A DNA stretch of 64,000 nucleotides from an uncultured Gammaproteobacteria bacterium (GTDB lineage Bacteria; Patescibacteriota; Patescibacteriia; Magasanikbacterales; GWA2-37-8): the NCBI GenBank assembly GCA_964407865.1, contig CAYOXC010000001.1:1103-65102 (forward strand), in the 5' to 3' direction. Under the pieces are notes generated by a model. It ran no database searches. It was not told the origin of the DNA and worked only from the letters and a program-made list of their open reading frames with translations. The position numbers and the translations under genes are program-made. Positions 55,823 through 64,000 of this stretch are shown here, piece after piece (positions within the stretch are counted from its first letter, which is position 1; every line of letters begins with the position of its first letter).

Positions 55823-56629
55823 ATGACAAGCACAACCAAAGTGCGAAAATTTTCTTTACATCCAAAATTGGCAGCAGCCATTGATTTTTTGTTAAATGTA
55901 GCTACGCTTTTTTGGTTCCCTCATTTGGATAGTTGGCAGTGGTTCATGGCCTGGTTTTTAATTCGGGCTGCGCTTTGGGCCGCTTTTATCGCTTTAGTTT
56001 ACTACCCGCCTGAATTATCGCGCTGGCGGCATTTTTGGTCGCTTATACTTTTTAATTTTGGTTTGATTGTTTCTCTTTCTATATTCGTAGAGTGGGCAGT
56101 TGCTTGGTATTTGTTAATGGGAATTTTTGTTATTTTTTCTGCATCAAGTTTTTGGCTATTACCGGCTGGCGATGAACCGTTATCTTTTTATCGCAAACCT
56201 TTTCGACGCTGGCTATTTCTTATGGATGCTTTTGGCATGGCTGGCTTCTGGTGCGGTATTTACGCCTTGATGCAGTTTCAACTTTGGCAAGCAGCGCTTT
56301 ATCCATTTTTAGAATTTGTCGGCGCGCTTTTTACAGCAATAATTTCGCTTTGGTGGTGGCGTGCCTATGGCATTGAATTTTCCGAGCGTTTTTGGATTTC
56401 CGCGGCAGCAATGTTTCTTTTGGTCTTTGAACTTGCGTGGGTAGTAACTCGATGGCCCCTTGGCTTCATGGTTTCCGGGCTGATGATAATATGGTTTTGG
56501 TATGTCTGGTGGCTTTTGATGCGTTTTAATTTGACCAAAGAGGGAATCGACTGGAAAAAACAAAGATTTTTTTTAGTATCAAGCGGATTACTGCTTATAC
56601 TTTTCACTTTACTTGCTAAATGGAATTAA
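55823..56629 (+). CDS. Trp-rich polytopic membrane protein, hypothetical
   Basis: Seven or eight hydrophobic helices rich in W, F and L. No recognisable motif. Confidence 0.5.
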   Translation: MTSTTKVRKFSLHPKLAAAIDFLLNVATLFWFPHLDSWQWFMAWFLIRAALWAAFIALVYYPPELSRWRHFWSLILFNFGLIVSLSIFVEWAVAWYLLMGIFVIFSASSFWLLPAGDEPLSFYRKPFRRWLFLMDAFGMAGFWCGIYALMQFQLWQAALYPFLEFVGALFTAIISLWWWRAYGIEFSERFWISAAAMFLLVFELAWVVTRWPLGFMVSGLMIIWFWYVWWLLMRFNLTKEGIDWKKQRFFLVSSGLLLILFTLLAKWN

Positions 56630-56639
56630 TAATATTTTT

Positions 56640-57740
56640 ATGCTAGCACCACATTTGCCATCTCCTAAGTGTGATATAAAAAACCACGAGCGCTGGATAA
56701 ATATCAAGTGTATTTTAGCCGCCTCATTTTTAGGACTCCTGGCAGGCGTATCCGGAGCTTCAATTGCTTTGGGTTGGATCTGGCCGAGTTATGGCGGAGG
56801 CGACACTTGGATAGTCTCGCGAGGTCAAAGCAGTTCGGTCGGTTCGAGTTTGGAAGAAATAGTGCACAAAGAAAGCACTGAAAGAGTTTTTTCAATTTAT
56901 CGCAACAGTACAAAAATAGACAGTTTGGAATATTTGCCTCAGTCAGAAAAAATCGCTGAGGCTATAGCCATATCGTCTGATGGCTGGTTGGCCATGTATG
57001 TCAAAGAAAATACTCCGCTAATCACCGCGTCAAAACTGCGAGCTTTTTCTAGCGATGGAGCAGTTTATCAGGGTGAAAAATACCTTTTTGATAGTCAAAC
57101 CAGAATCGCTTATATTAAAATCAGCCGGCCGGTTAAAACCGAATCAGAAGAAGCTGTGACCACTCAGTTTAAAGTCGCTTCTTTTGAGGAGGGAGATTTA
57201 AATTATCAGGAAATATTTATTCACGAAAATGGGGACTGGCATTTTACCCGAACTGGTTACAAAAAATTTTTTCCGGCGGCAACTCTTAGGCTAGATAGCG
57301 CGCCGAGTTATGCATATTCTCTTGAAGGAAATTTTGTTCCAGGCTCAGTAGCCATTACCGGTCGCGGTCGAGCGGTTGGTTTTGTTAACGACGACAACCA
57401 GCTTTTACCTATTGCCGCGCTTACCAGAATAATGCCAGGGGTGTTGAGCGGACAAAAAATAGAATATCCATCGTTTGGTGTTAGTGGTTGGTTTACTTCG
57501 GTTCAGCCGGCTATTTCTGGCAACAACCAGATTTCCGGATTTGTTGTAGCTAATGTTTGGCACAAGTCCAGCAAACTTCGAAGAGGTGATGTGATCATGG
57601 AAATGAACGGACAAATTGTTCGTGATGAATCTTTGTGGTATAATATAGGCGATAAACAGACTACTTTGACTATTTCCAGATCGGGTAAAGTATTTGACCT
57701 TGTGGTTGAAATTTATAAAGCATCGCCTGATTTAAAATAG
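56640..57740 (+). CDS. Membrane-anchored protein with a C-terminal PDZ-like domain (degenerate HtrA-like?)
   Basis: N-terminal transmembrane helix. The C-terminal region GFVVANVWHKSSKLRRGDVIMEMNGQIV...TISRSGKVFDLVVEI resembles a PDZ domain. No GNSGG catalytic motif was seen. Confidence 0.45.
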   Translation: MLAPHLPSPKCDIKNHERWINIKCILAASFLGLLAGVSGASIALGWIWPSYGGGDTWIVSRGQSSSVGSSLEEIVHKESTERVFSIYRNSTKIDSLEYLPQSEKIAEAIAISSDGWLAMYVKENTPLITASKLRAFSSDGAVYQGEKYLFDSQTRIAYIKISRPVKTESEEAVTTQFKVASFEEGDLNYQEIFIHENGDWHFTRTGYKKFFPAATLRLDSAPSYAYSLEGNFVPGSVAITGRGRAVGFVNDDNQLLPIAALTRIMPGVLSGQKIEYPSFGVSGWFTSVQPAISGNNQISGFVVANVWHKSSKLRRGDVIMEMNGQIVRDESLWYNIGDKQTTLTISRSGKVFDLVVEIYKASPDLK

Positions 57741-57771
57741 ATATTAATATTAAAAATTTTAACAAAAAAAT

Positions 57772-58101
57772 ATGCAGCCGGATTTAATAAATACATTTGT
57801 TACCGAACTTCTTAAAAAAGCGGAGTTAGAAAAAGTGCCGCAGCATTTTTATAATGAATATGTGGAAAAGATTGGCAATGAAGTGCAAAAGAGGCTAGGC
57901 ATTATTGCTATGAAAGAACTTTCTCCTGATGCGGTAGATGAGTTTGGCAAGCTTGTATCCAGTGAAGCCAAGCCAGAAACCTTGGCCGAATTTTTTAAAA
58001 AGAATATTCCTGATTACGAAGAAAAGGTGGAAAATGCCTTAAGAGAATTTGCTGATGAGTTTTTGGCTTCAGCGGCAAAACTGAAACAAGCAGCCGTATA
58101 A
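57772..58101 (+). CDS. Hypothetical small helical protein
   Basis: ORF only; acidic and Lys-rich. Confidence 0.4.
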   Translation: MQPDLINTFVTELLKKAELEKVPQHFYNEYVEKIGNEVQKRLGIIAMKELSPDAVDEFGKLVSSEAKPETLAEFFKKNIPDYEEKVENALREFADEFLASAAKLKQAAV

Positions 58102-58106
58102 TATTT

Positions 58107-58298
58107 ATGGTAAAAAAATTGAAGAAGAAAAAAAATATAAGCCACGAGGAAGTTTATGACCGGCTTATGGAAAACTACAAAGAGTGGCGCGAATTGATGG
58201 ATTTACTAAAAAAGGAAGAGCGTGATTTGCGTCGCGAATTTTTGCGTTTTGCTGATCAGGCAAAGATACAGAAGGTAATGAAAAGTTTGCATAACTAA
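58107..58298 (+). CDS. Hypothetical small charged protein
   Basis: ORF only (63 aa, K/E/R-rich). Confidence 0.3.
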   Translation: MVKKLKKKKNISHEEVYDRLMENYKEWRELMDLLKKEERDLRREFLRFADQAKIQKVMKSLHN

Positions 58299-58318
58299 AA
58301 ACAATTTTTTGATAATAT

Positions 58319-61300
58319 ATGTCAGGTGAAAAAAATAAAAAAGATAAAAATGATCAAGTCGAATCCGTTGAACGAAATTTAATTATTCCGGAAATTATTG
58401 ATGTCGCTGATTTGACAGGCGAGAACGCTTCTTGGATTGACGATCGGGCGGAGTTTTATATTAGTCAATTACAAAAAAAATACAGCGCGGCCAAAGAACA
58501 GTATCCTTTACTTAATGAATTGGGCGCCAAAACATTAGAAAAAAAATTTACTCAGTGGCCAGGTGAAATTAGCGATACCAGAGAGGAGCTTTTTGATACC
58601 TGGGAAGAAGCAGTCAACGCAAAAAATAAAGACGGAGATGTTCCGAAGGCTACCCTGAAAAAAATAAATGCTCTAGCCATGAAGTTAAATGATTATTTTT
58701 CACGAATTGAAAAACAGGGAATAGTTGGTGGACATGAGAAAATAGACATGAGCGTCACAGAATCTTTTGAAGAAGAGGGTTTAAAGTCAGTCGAAAAAGG
58801 CATCGCTTCCGGGCGCGATGACATTAATCGGTGCCGAGAATCGTTTGAGTTGATAGAATCGTCGGTTTACAAAGAGCTTTACGACGAAAAGTTTTTGCGC
58901 CAGTTGACCGATTTTGCCAAGCGTCTAGGTGTTGTTGAAGGCTGGCTAAACCAGCTTGAACAGGCAAAGGACACAATAAAAGCTCGAATACAAAAAGAAA
59001 CATTGTCTGACGATCAGGTTCAGGAAATGTTTGATAATTTATCAGCAATAAAAGATAGTGTAAAAAATAATTTAGAAGCTTTGCGTCGCGGTGTTGAGCG
59101 GGTAAGAAAAGATGTTGAAAAGGGCAAAGAGGAGCGTCATAAGCTGGTTGGCAGAGTAGAGGCTTTGATAGACCGTATTGAAGCCAGGGGTCAATCCGGA
59201 TTTTTTGCCGGAAAAGACATGGCCAAGGTGGCTCGGTTTATGGTGGAACGGCTTAAACAAATGAAAGAGAAACCTTTGGATATTCAGTCAGTCAAATTGG
59301 CAGAAAAAGAAGCGGAGGAAACCATATTTGCCCCAGAAATAAAATCAGATGAAAAAAAGGAAAAAATGGACATTCTTTATTTTTGGAAGAGAAGAGTGCT
59401 GGATGAAAAAAAGCGCATTGATACAATGATCGCTGAATTCGAAATAGCGCAAGATACTCTGAGGAAATCTTCAAAACAAATTCAAGATCGCCTAGCTAAA
59501 GTAGGCAAAGCCTTATCGGCAGCTAGCGGCCGAAATGACCTGCTGAATCAGGCTCTTGATTCCATAAATACACCAAAGGAAGAATCTCTGGTAGATATAA
59601 AATTTCAACTAGATGCATATAAAGATGAATATTTAGCGGCAGAAAAAGCCTATGATCAATTGTCGCCTGAATTAGCCAAAGCAACTCTTGCCAATCTACA
59701 GCCGAAAATCATGTCAGTTTTATCAGCGGCCAATAAAAATTTTATTACCGCTAGTCAAAAAACAATGATTGAGGGATGGCAGACTGTTTTTAACAAAGGT
59801 GGTGAATTTACATTGGAAGAGGTAAATAATTTTTCAGAAAAACTTAAAGATGTTATGGATTCGTTGGGTGAAAAGCAAAGAGAATATATGTCAAAAGTAG
59901 AAGCTGATTTAAAAGAAAAAGCGCTCGAGAGCGAATTTATGGCCAAAGGTGAAAAGATGGATTTACAAAAGAAAGAATTTATTCCTTTAAAATCAGCTAA
60001 GCCGGAAGCCAGAGTTTCAGCTAAAACAGAAGAAGAGTTTTTTGGTGAAAAAGTTTTTACTCCGGCAGTTGAGCGAAAAATCGGTCGATCTGAAGTGCTT
60101 ACAAGTATAAAGGATATGTTTGAAGAACAGGGTGTGATCGATTTGGAACCGGAAAAAATTCTTTCAGCTTTAACTCCGGCAGAACTTAGTTCACTCATAG
60201 AAAATGTAAAAGAGGATGCCAAAGAAAAGGCGGATAGTAATCGTGACATATTTGAGAGATCGTTGAGAAGTATTTTAAACGAACGTTTGCTCCAAGCGCT
60301 AGATGCTGAAAAGCGAGAAAAAATATCCAGTGATGTTTCCGCTCAAGCGTATTCATTGTTGAAAGGCGCAGTTGAAGCTGAAGCACAGAAGCAATTAGCC
60401 AAGCTGCAATCAGGTGAGGCGAGTAAATTAGCTAAAGCAGGAAAAATCGGAGCAAAATTAGCCGCAAATGTTGGGTTGGCGGCTGGTATTGGTATTGGCG
60501 CGGGATTGGTGATTGGTTCAGGCGGAGCGGCGGCTGCTGTAGCTGGTGCCTCCATAGCTTTTACGCGCCTGGCTAATAAAGCCATCGCTAAGTCAGAAAT
60601 TTTTCAAGCGGCCAAGGAAAAAGTTTCTTCTTTGTGGGGAAAAACCGCCGGCAAACTATTTAAAAAGGAAAAATCGCCGTTTGACACAGATAAAATTTTG
60701 GAGGAAACGACTAATAAATTTATTAATCCAGAAATTGTAGCGGCAATCCTATCAAATCAGTTGAGAGAAAACTCTAGCCAGGAATTGCTCCGAGCGGTAA
60801 ATGCGTACGGTTCGGCAAAGTCTGAAGCCATGCACAAACCATCGGTTGGTTCAATTGAAAAATTTGAATCATCTCTAGATGACGTTTCTAAAGAGTTTTA
60901 CAAAAAATCATACAATTACTTAGCCATGTTTTATAAGAATGATAATTTACCCGAAGAAACATTGGCTAAAATGGCGCTGCAGATGACATTGAATTTAAGT
61001 ATTTATCAACGCAATGAAGTTAAGCTCTTAGAAACGCTTGAGGCTGATAAAGTCAAAAATAAATTACCGGAAGAAAAGCATTGGCTGGTTGGTAGAATGG
61101 AGCATTTTATGAAATTTCGCTCTGAGGGCGTTGGATCAGTATTGTTTGGCGGTGCATTGGCTTATGCTGTTTCTGAAACAACTTCGGCTGGCCGGGTGGT
61201 TTCGGGTGCCTTAGCTGGAGCTGGATTGGGCCTTATGCTAGAGAGGAAAACACGCAAATCAGAAGAGGAAAAATTGCATAAAGTTGTCGAAGATATTATT

Positions 61301-62851
61301 AATCGAACTGAAAAGAAATTGTTTGGTAAGGATGCCGTAATTTTAGACAGCGAGCTGGTAAAGGCGAAAAAAGATGCCGCTTATATAAGAGCGCAGATTG
61401 ACGCTGGTGTTTTTGAACGTAATGATATGCTAAAAAATAGGGCGGAAAATTTTGTTGTTAGAGTAAATCAGGAAATGATGAAAACCTATGAGGCGCCCAA
61501 GTTTTCAATAGACGATTTACTTAAAGATGTCAGCAAGCACTCAAAATTAATGGAAAAAGAAACAGCTAAAACTTTTAAAAAGACATCTGAAGCGTTTAAA
61601 ACAAAAGATCGCGCTTTGGCATATATGACTGTCGGCGTTTTAGTCGGCGGAGCAGCAGGATACCTTGGCGCTCGGCTTACGCAATACATTAGAGGCCCGA
61701 AGGCAGAAGAAATAAGATTAGTGGAAGCTCCAACAGAAGCATCAAGGCCGGGTTTTGTTTATGCTCCGACAGAAAAAATTACACCGACTGAAACTCCACT
61801 TGAGCCAGTTTCGCCTCCGACACCGCTAGAACCGACACCGGCGCCGACTGAAGGTGTTGAAGAGATAACCATGCCAACGGAACACGTTAGGGTGTCGCGT
61901 GGAGGAGCGGGTAGATCTATTGAGCAAGCTGTGGAAAAAGCACCGCCAATTCTTAGTCGGGCTCATGAAGAAGCCGTGACTAAAGCGGGCGAACCTATTG
62001 AGGTATCTGAAGTTTATCGCGCATCTATTTATGAGTGGCCCAAAAAAGAACCGTTATTTTTTACTCGTGAAGAAGAATTAAAAATAAATGAGTTGACTGA
62101 AAAGGGCGAAGTCGAAGCGTTGGCTGAATTTATGACCAAAGCAAAATCACGCGGTCAGATTTATGAAGATTTAAAAACAGGCAAGCAGTATCATGCTGAT
62201 GAATTGATTATCGCATCAGAAACATCAGAACCAGAAGTAGAAGAAGTAGTAGTTTCTGAAGAGCCACTTGAGCAAGCAAGAGAAAATTCGGAAAATCCAT
62301 ACAATGAACCAGATATTGTAAAAACTGAAAATGAAGCCAAAGAGCCTGAAACCGAAATTGAGGAAGAAAACAAAATTGTTAATCCTTATGATTTGCCTGA
62401 AAATAAACCAGAGGCAGAGATGGAGAGGGCTGGTGCTGAAGATTCAGGCGAGTCAGATCAAAGTGCGCCAAATGATCAAGACGCACAAGTAGAGCCGGCT
62501 GAACAAAATTTAAGAGAACAGGCGGTTGAGGAAGTTGAGTCTGCCAAAGCACGCGAAGCAAAAGCGGATGAAGAAGATCTTGAAGCCGACGAAGAGATTA
62601 GAAGAGAGGCGGAAGAGTATACTGAAGCAGCGACAAAGCGCATGGTTCAAGAGTTGTCGGAAAAGCCACGTCAGGCTTACGATTGGCTTGATACCAACGA
62701 AGACAATACCAAACTAACTCTGGACGAGAGAGCTGCTGTTAAAGATTTAAAGAATCAGTTTGTCAAAGATATGATCGACGATATGAATATTAAAAAATCT
62801 CTCTTAGACAAGATAGAAAAATTAAAAACAAGAGTAGAATTTGAACTGTAA
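58319..62851 (+). CDS. Large (1,510 aa) coiled-coil-rich protein with central Gly/Ala-rich hydrophobic segments and an acidic C-terminus
   Basis: Long K/E-rich heptad-like stretches. Three hydrophobic Gly/Ala segments (KLAANVGLAAGIGIGAGLVIGSGGAAAAVAGASIAF, SVLFGGALAYAVSE...ALAGAGLGLML, YMTVGVLVGGAAGYLGARL). A Pro/Thr linker and a Glu-rich tail. Confidence 0.7.
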   Translation: MSGEKNKKDKNDQVESVERNLIIPEIIDVADLTGENASWIDDRAEFYISQLQKKYSAAKEQYPLLNELGAKTLEKKFTQWPGEISDTREELFDTWEEAVNAKNKDGDVPKATLKKINALAMKLNDYFSRIEKQGIVGGHEKIDMSVTESFEEEGLKSVEKGIASGRDDINRCRESFELIESSVYKELYDEKFLRQLTDFAKRLGVVEGWLNQLEQAKDTIKARIQKETLSDDQVQEMFDNLSAIKDSVKNNLEALRRGVERVRKDVEKGKEERHKLVGRVEALIDRIEARGQSGFFAGKDMAKVARFMVERLKQMKEKPLDIQSVKLAEKEAEETIFAPEIKSDEKKEKMDILYFWKRRVLDEKKRIDTMIAEFEIAQDTLRKSSKQIQDRLAKVGKALSAASGRNDLLNQALDSINTPKEESLVDIKFQLDAYKDEYLAAEKAYDQLSPELAKATLANLQPKIMSVLSAANKNFITASQKTMIEGWQTVFNKGGEFTLEEVNNFSEKLKDVMDSLGEKQREYMSKVEADLKEKALESEFMAKGEKMDLQKKEFIPLKSAKPEARVSAKTEEEFFGEKVFTPAVERKIGRSEVLTSIKDMFEEQGVIDLEPEKILSALTPAELSSLIENVKEDAKEKADSNRDIFERSLRSILNERLLQALDAEKREKISSDVSAQAYSLLKGAVEAEAQKQLAKLQSGEASKLAKAGKIGAKLAANVGLAAGIGIGAGLVIGSGGAAAAVAGASIAFTRLANKAIAKSEIFQAAKEKVSSLWGKTAGKLFKKEKSPFDTDKILEETTNKFINPEIVAAILSNQLRENSSQELLRAVNAYGSAKSEAMHKPSVGSIEKFESSLDDVSKEFYKKSYNYLAMFYKNDNLPEETLAKMALQMTLNLSIYQRNEVKLLETLEADKVKNKLPEEKHWLVGRMEHFMKFRSEGVGSVLFGGALAYAVSETTSAGRVVSGALAGAGLGLMLERKTRKSEEEKLHKVVEDIINRTEKKLFGKDAVILDSELVKAKKDAAYIRAQIDAGVFERNDMLKNRAENFVVRVNQEMMKTYEAPKFSIDDLLKDVSKHSKLMEKETAKTFKKTSEAFKTKDRALAYMTVGVLVGGAAGYLGARLTQYIRGPKAEEIRLVEAPTEASRPGFVYAPTEKITPTETPLEPVSPPTPLEPTPAPTEGVEEITMPTEHVRVSRGGAGRSIEQAVEKAPPILSRAHEEAVTKAGEPIEVSEVYRASIYEWPKKEPLFFTREEELKINELTEKGEVEALAEFMTKAKSRGQIYEDLKTGKQYHADELIIASETSEPEVEEVVVSEEPLEQARENSENPYNEPDIVKTENEAKEPETEIEEENKIVNPYDLPENKPEAEMERAGAEDSGESDQSAPNDQDAQVEPAEQNLREQAVEEVESAKAREAKADEEDLEADEEIRREAEEYTEAATKRMVQELSEKPRQAYDWLDTNEDNTKLTLDERAAVKDLKNQFVKDMIDDMNIKKSLLDKIEKLKTRVEFEL

Positions 62852-62875
62852 TTATTCAGAAATTAATAAAAATAT

Positions 62876-62908
62876 AAAGGATCGCTCAAAGGCGTTCCTT
62901 TTTATTTT
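62876..62908 (+). terminator. Candidate terminator after the 1,510-aa gene
   Basis: AAGGAtCGC-tcaaag-GCGtTCCTT followed by TTTTATTTT. Confidence 0.4.
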
Positions 62909-63014
62909 AAGCGTTTAAGCGCGAGGGTCGTAGGCCTTATGCGCGGTTGACCCAGCATAATCTCCTGTAGCTATGCCGGGTTGACTCGGTAAAGCTATTA
63001 GAAGCTCTACTGTA

Positions 63015-63043
63015 TTGACAAAAAAGCTAAAATGTGCTATATT
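63015..63043 (+). promoter_or_regulatory. Canonical promoter for the FHA-domain gene
   Basis: TTGACA, then a 17-nt spacer, then TATATT. A 16-bp perfect palindrome AAGAGCATATGCTCTT (63061-63076) and an AAAGGAGG ribosome-binding site (63104-63111) lie downstream. Confidence 0.55.
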
Positions 63044-63119
63044 TTGCTGTTATGCTTAATAAGAGCATATGCTCTTTACAATAGGCAAAAGGTAAAAACC
63101 CTTAGAAAGGAGGCCTTGA

Positions 63120-64000
63120 ATGACGGATGAAAAGAAAAAGAGGCGTCCGACAAGGGCGTTTCCCAAGGGTGAGGTGAGAGCCTCGCCCGTTTCTGAATTG
63201 GAAACAGATGGCGGTGGCAACAGGGAAGACCTCGCTGCTTTGCGAGGCAGAACGCTTCCGCCTCCGCCAACAGGGGGTTATCATCACAGACCTCGGCCAA
63301 CGTCCGGGGTTCTCGGTCGTGTATCGTTTGCGGGAGACCCGAACGATGCCGCTGATGTGCGGAGCTTCGTCTGCAGTCTTGCCGCGCAATTTCCCGATGA
63401 AGCCGAAGAGATCAAAAGGTCTTTTGGTGTAATTGCGGATATTGCCGACGGTAAGCAGGTGGAGCCCTTGGTGCCAACCGCATTACCGCCACCGCCAGAC
63501 GGCACGTTTTCAGACGACCGTTTGACGAACGGGACGATTCATTTGTCCCAGTTGTTTGTCGAGCGGATTGGCGGTGATGAAGAGAAAGTGTCCGAAGACG
63601 TCCCGAGAGTGGTGCTCATCACCATGCTCGGTATGTTTCGGGCCCCGATAATCGGACGGGTCAAAATCGGCCGAGCATTGGACAACGATGTGGTGGTGGA
63701 AGACAATCCGTTTGTCTCCAAGCATCACGTCATGATTGAAGTGGTCGGTGATAGAGTAATGATCTGTGACATGAATTCCAAAAATGGCACACTGGTTAAC
63801 GGTGAAAAGTTGTCTGGTGTGCGAGAGCTTACGGATAAGGACTCTATTTTTTTGGGCGATGAAATGCGGGGCGCAAAGATTTTTTTCAGCAACCCGCGAA
63901 TCGATAAAAAAAACGACGAGCAGCCGGTCGCGTTCAGTGTGCCGGAGAAAGGAATTGAAATGATGGACAACGATAAGAAGGCGCCGCCGCCGTTGCGAGA
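63120..64000 (+). CDS. FHA-domain protein, 5' partial (runs off the window); not listed in the supplied ORF track
   Basis: ATG 8 nt after AAAGGAGG. The frame is open for 293 codons to the window end. The FHA signature is GRVKIGRALDNDVVVEDNPFVSKHHVMIEVVGDRVMICDMNSKNGTLVNGEKL...IFLGD. The N-terminal region is Pro-rich. GC is about 55-60%, against about 30-40% in neighbouring genes. Confidence 0.75.
   Translation, partial: MTDEKKKRRPTRAFPKGEVRASPVSELETDGGGNREDLAALRGRTLPPPPTGGYHHRPRPTSGVLGRVSFAGDPNDAADVRSFVCSLAAQFPDEAEEIKRSFGVIADIADGKQVEPLVPTALPPPPDGTFSDDRLTNGTIHLSQLFVERIGGDEEKVSEDVPRVVLITMLGMFRAPIIGRVKIGRALDNDVVVEDNPFVSKHHVMIEVVGDRVMICDMNSKNGTLVNGEKLSGVRELTDKDSIFLGDEMRGAKIFFSNPRIDKKNDEQPVAFSVPEKGIEMMDNDKKAPPPLR

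Noticed and set aside
63076-63970. Six minus-strand ORFs (60-95 aa) at the 3' end
   Set aside because: They are antisense shadow ORFs of the real plus-strand FHA-domain gene (63120 onward), produced by the high GC of that segment.

Overview
This 64-kb window looks like a fragment of a small, AT-biased bacterial chromosome (about 30-40% GC in most genes). Its gene content and architecture resemble Candidate Phyla Radiation / Patescibacteria-type genomes; this is an inference from composition and gene content, not from a database hit.

Housekeeping content (all assigned from protein motifs read in the ORF track):
- Translation and RNA: hisS, rpsU, ybeY, cysS, infC-rpmI-rplT, smpB plus an adjacent tmRNA, tRNA-Val and tRNA-Asp.
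- Division and regulation: ftsA-ftsZ-nrdR.
- Metabolism: pyk, glyA, folD, ppsA, dgkA, a NUDIX hydrolase, a GT4 glycosyltransferase.
- DNA and other: ligA, typA, and a partial lepB at the 5' edge.

Accessory content:
(1) A surface-protein cluster at 2.0-17.4 kb. A 714-aa protein and a giant 3,643-aa protein share a VirB2/TrbC-like two-helix N-terminal membrane module. They are followed by two membrane proteins with thrombospondin-type-3-like Ca-binding repeats.
(2) Two tRNA loci (Val-TAC at 31.9 kb, Asp-GTC at 53.4 kb) share one unusual architecture. In each, the intact tRNA sits between a 5' fragment and a 3' fragment of a second copy of the same tRNA. Both fragments carry GC-rich hairpin insertions, and each unit lies between a canonical promoter and a terminator.
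(3) A ~210-bp element with conserved inverted-repeat termini occurs twice. Each copy ends in GGGTATG, and that ATG is the start codon of the downstream gene.
(4) A type IV pilus mini-cluster: pilM, a CheY-like receiver lacking the phospho-accepting Asp, a pilin gene, and pilD.
(5) An HTH gene divergent from an ECF sigma / anti-sigma pair, with three palindromic operators between them, upstream of a GC3-rich 1,181-aa secreted protein.
(6) An Elp3-like radical-SAM/GNAT gene divergent from a class I methyltransferase.
(7) A compositionally distinct GC-rich segment at the 3' end. It encodes an FHA-domain protein that the ORF track missed because the gene runs off the window.

No CRISPR array, rRNA gene or obvious transposase gene was seen.
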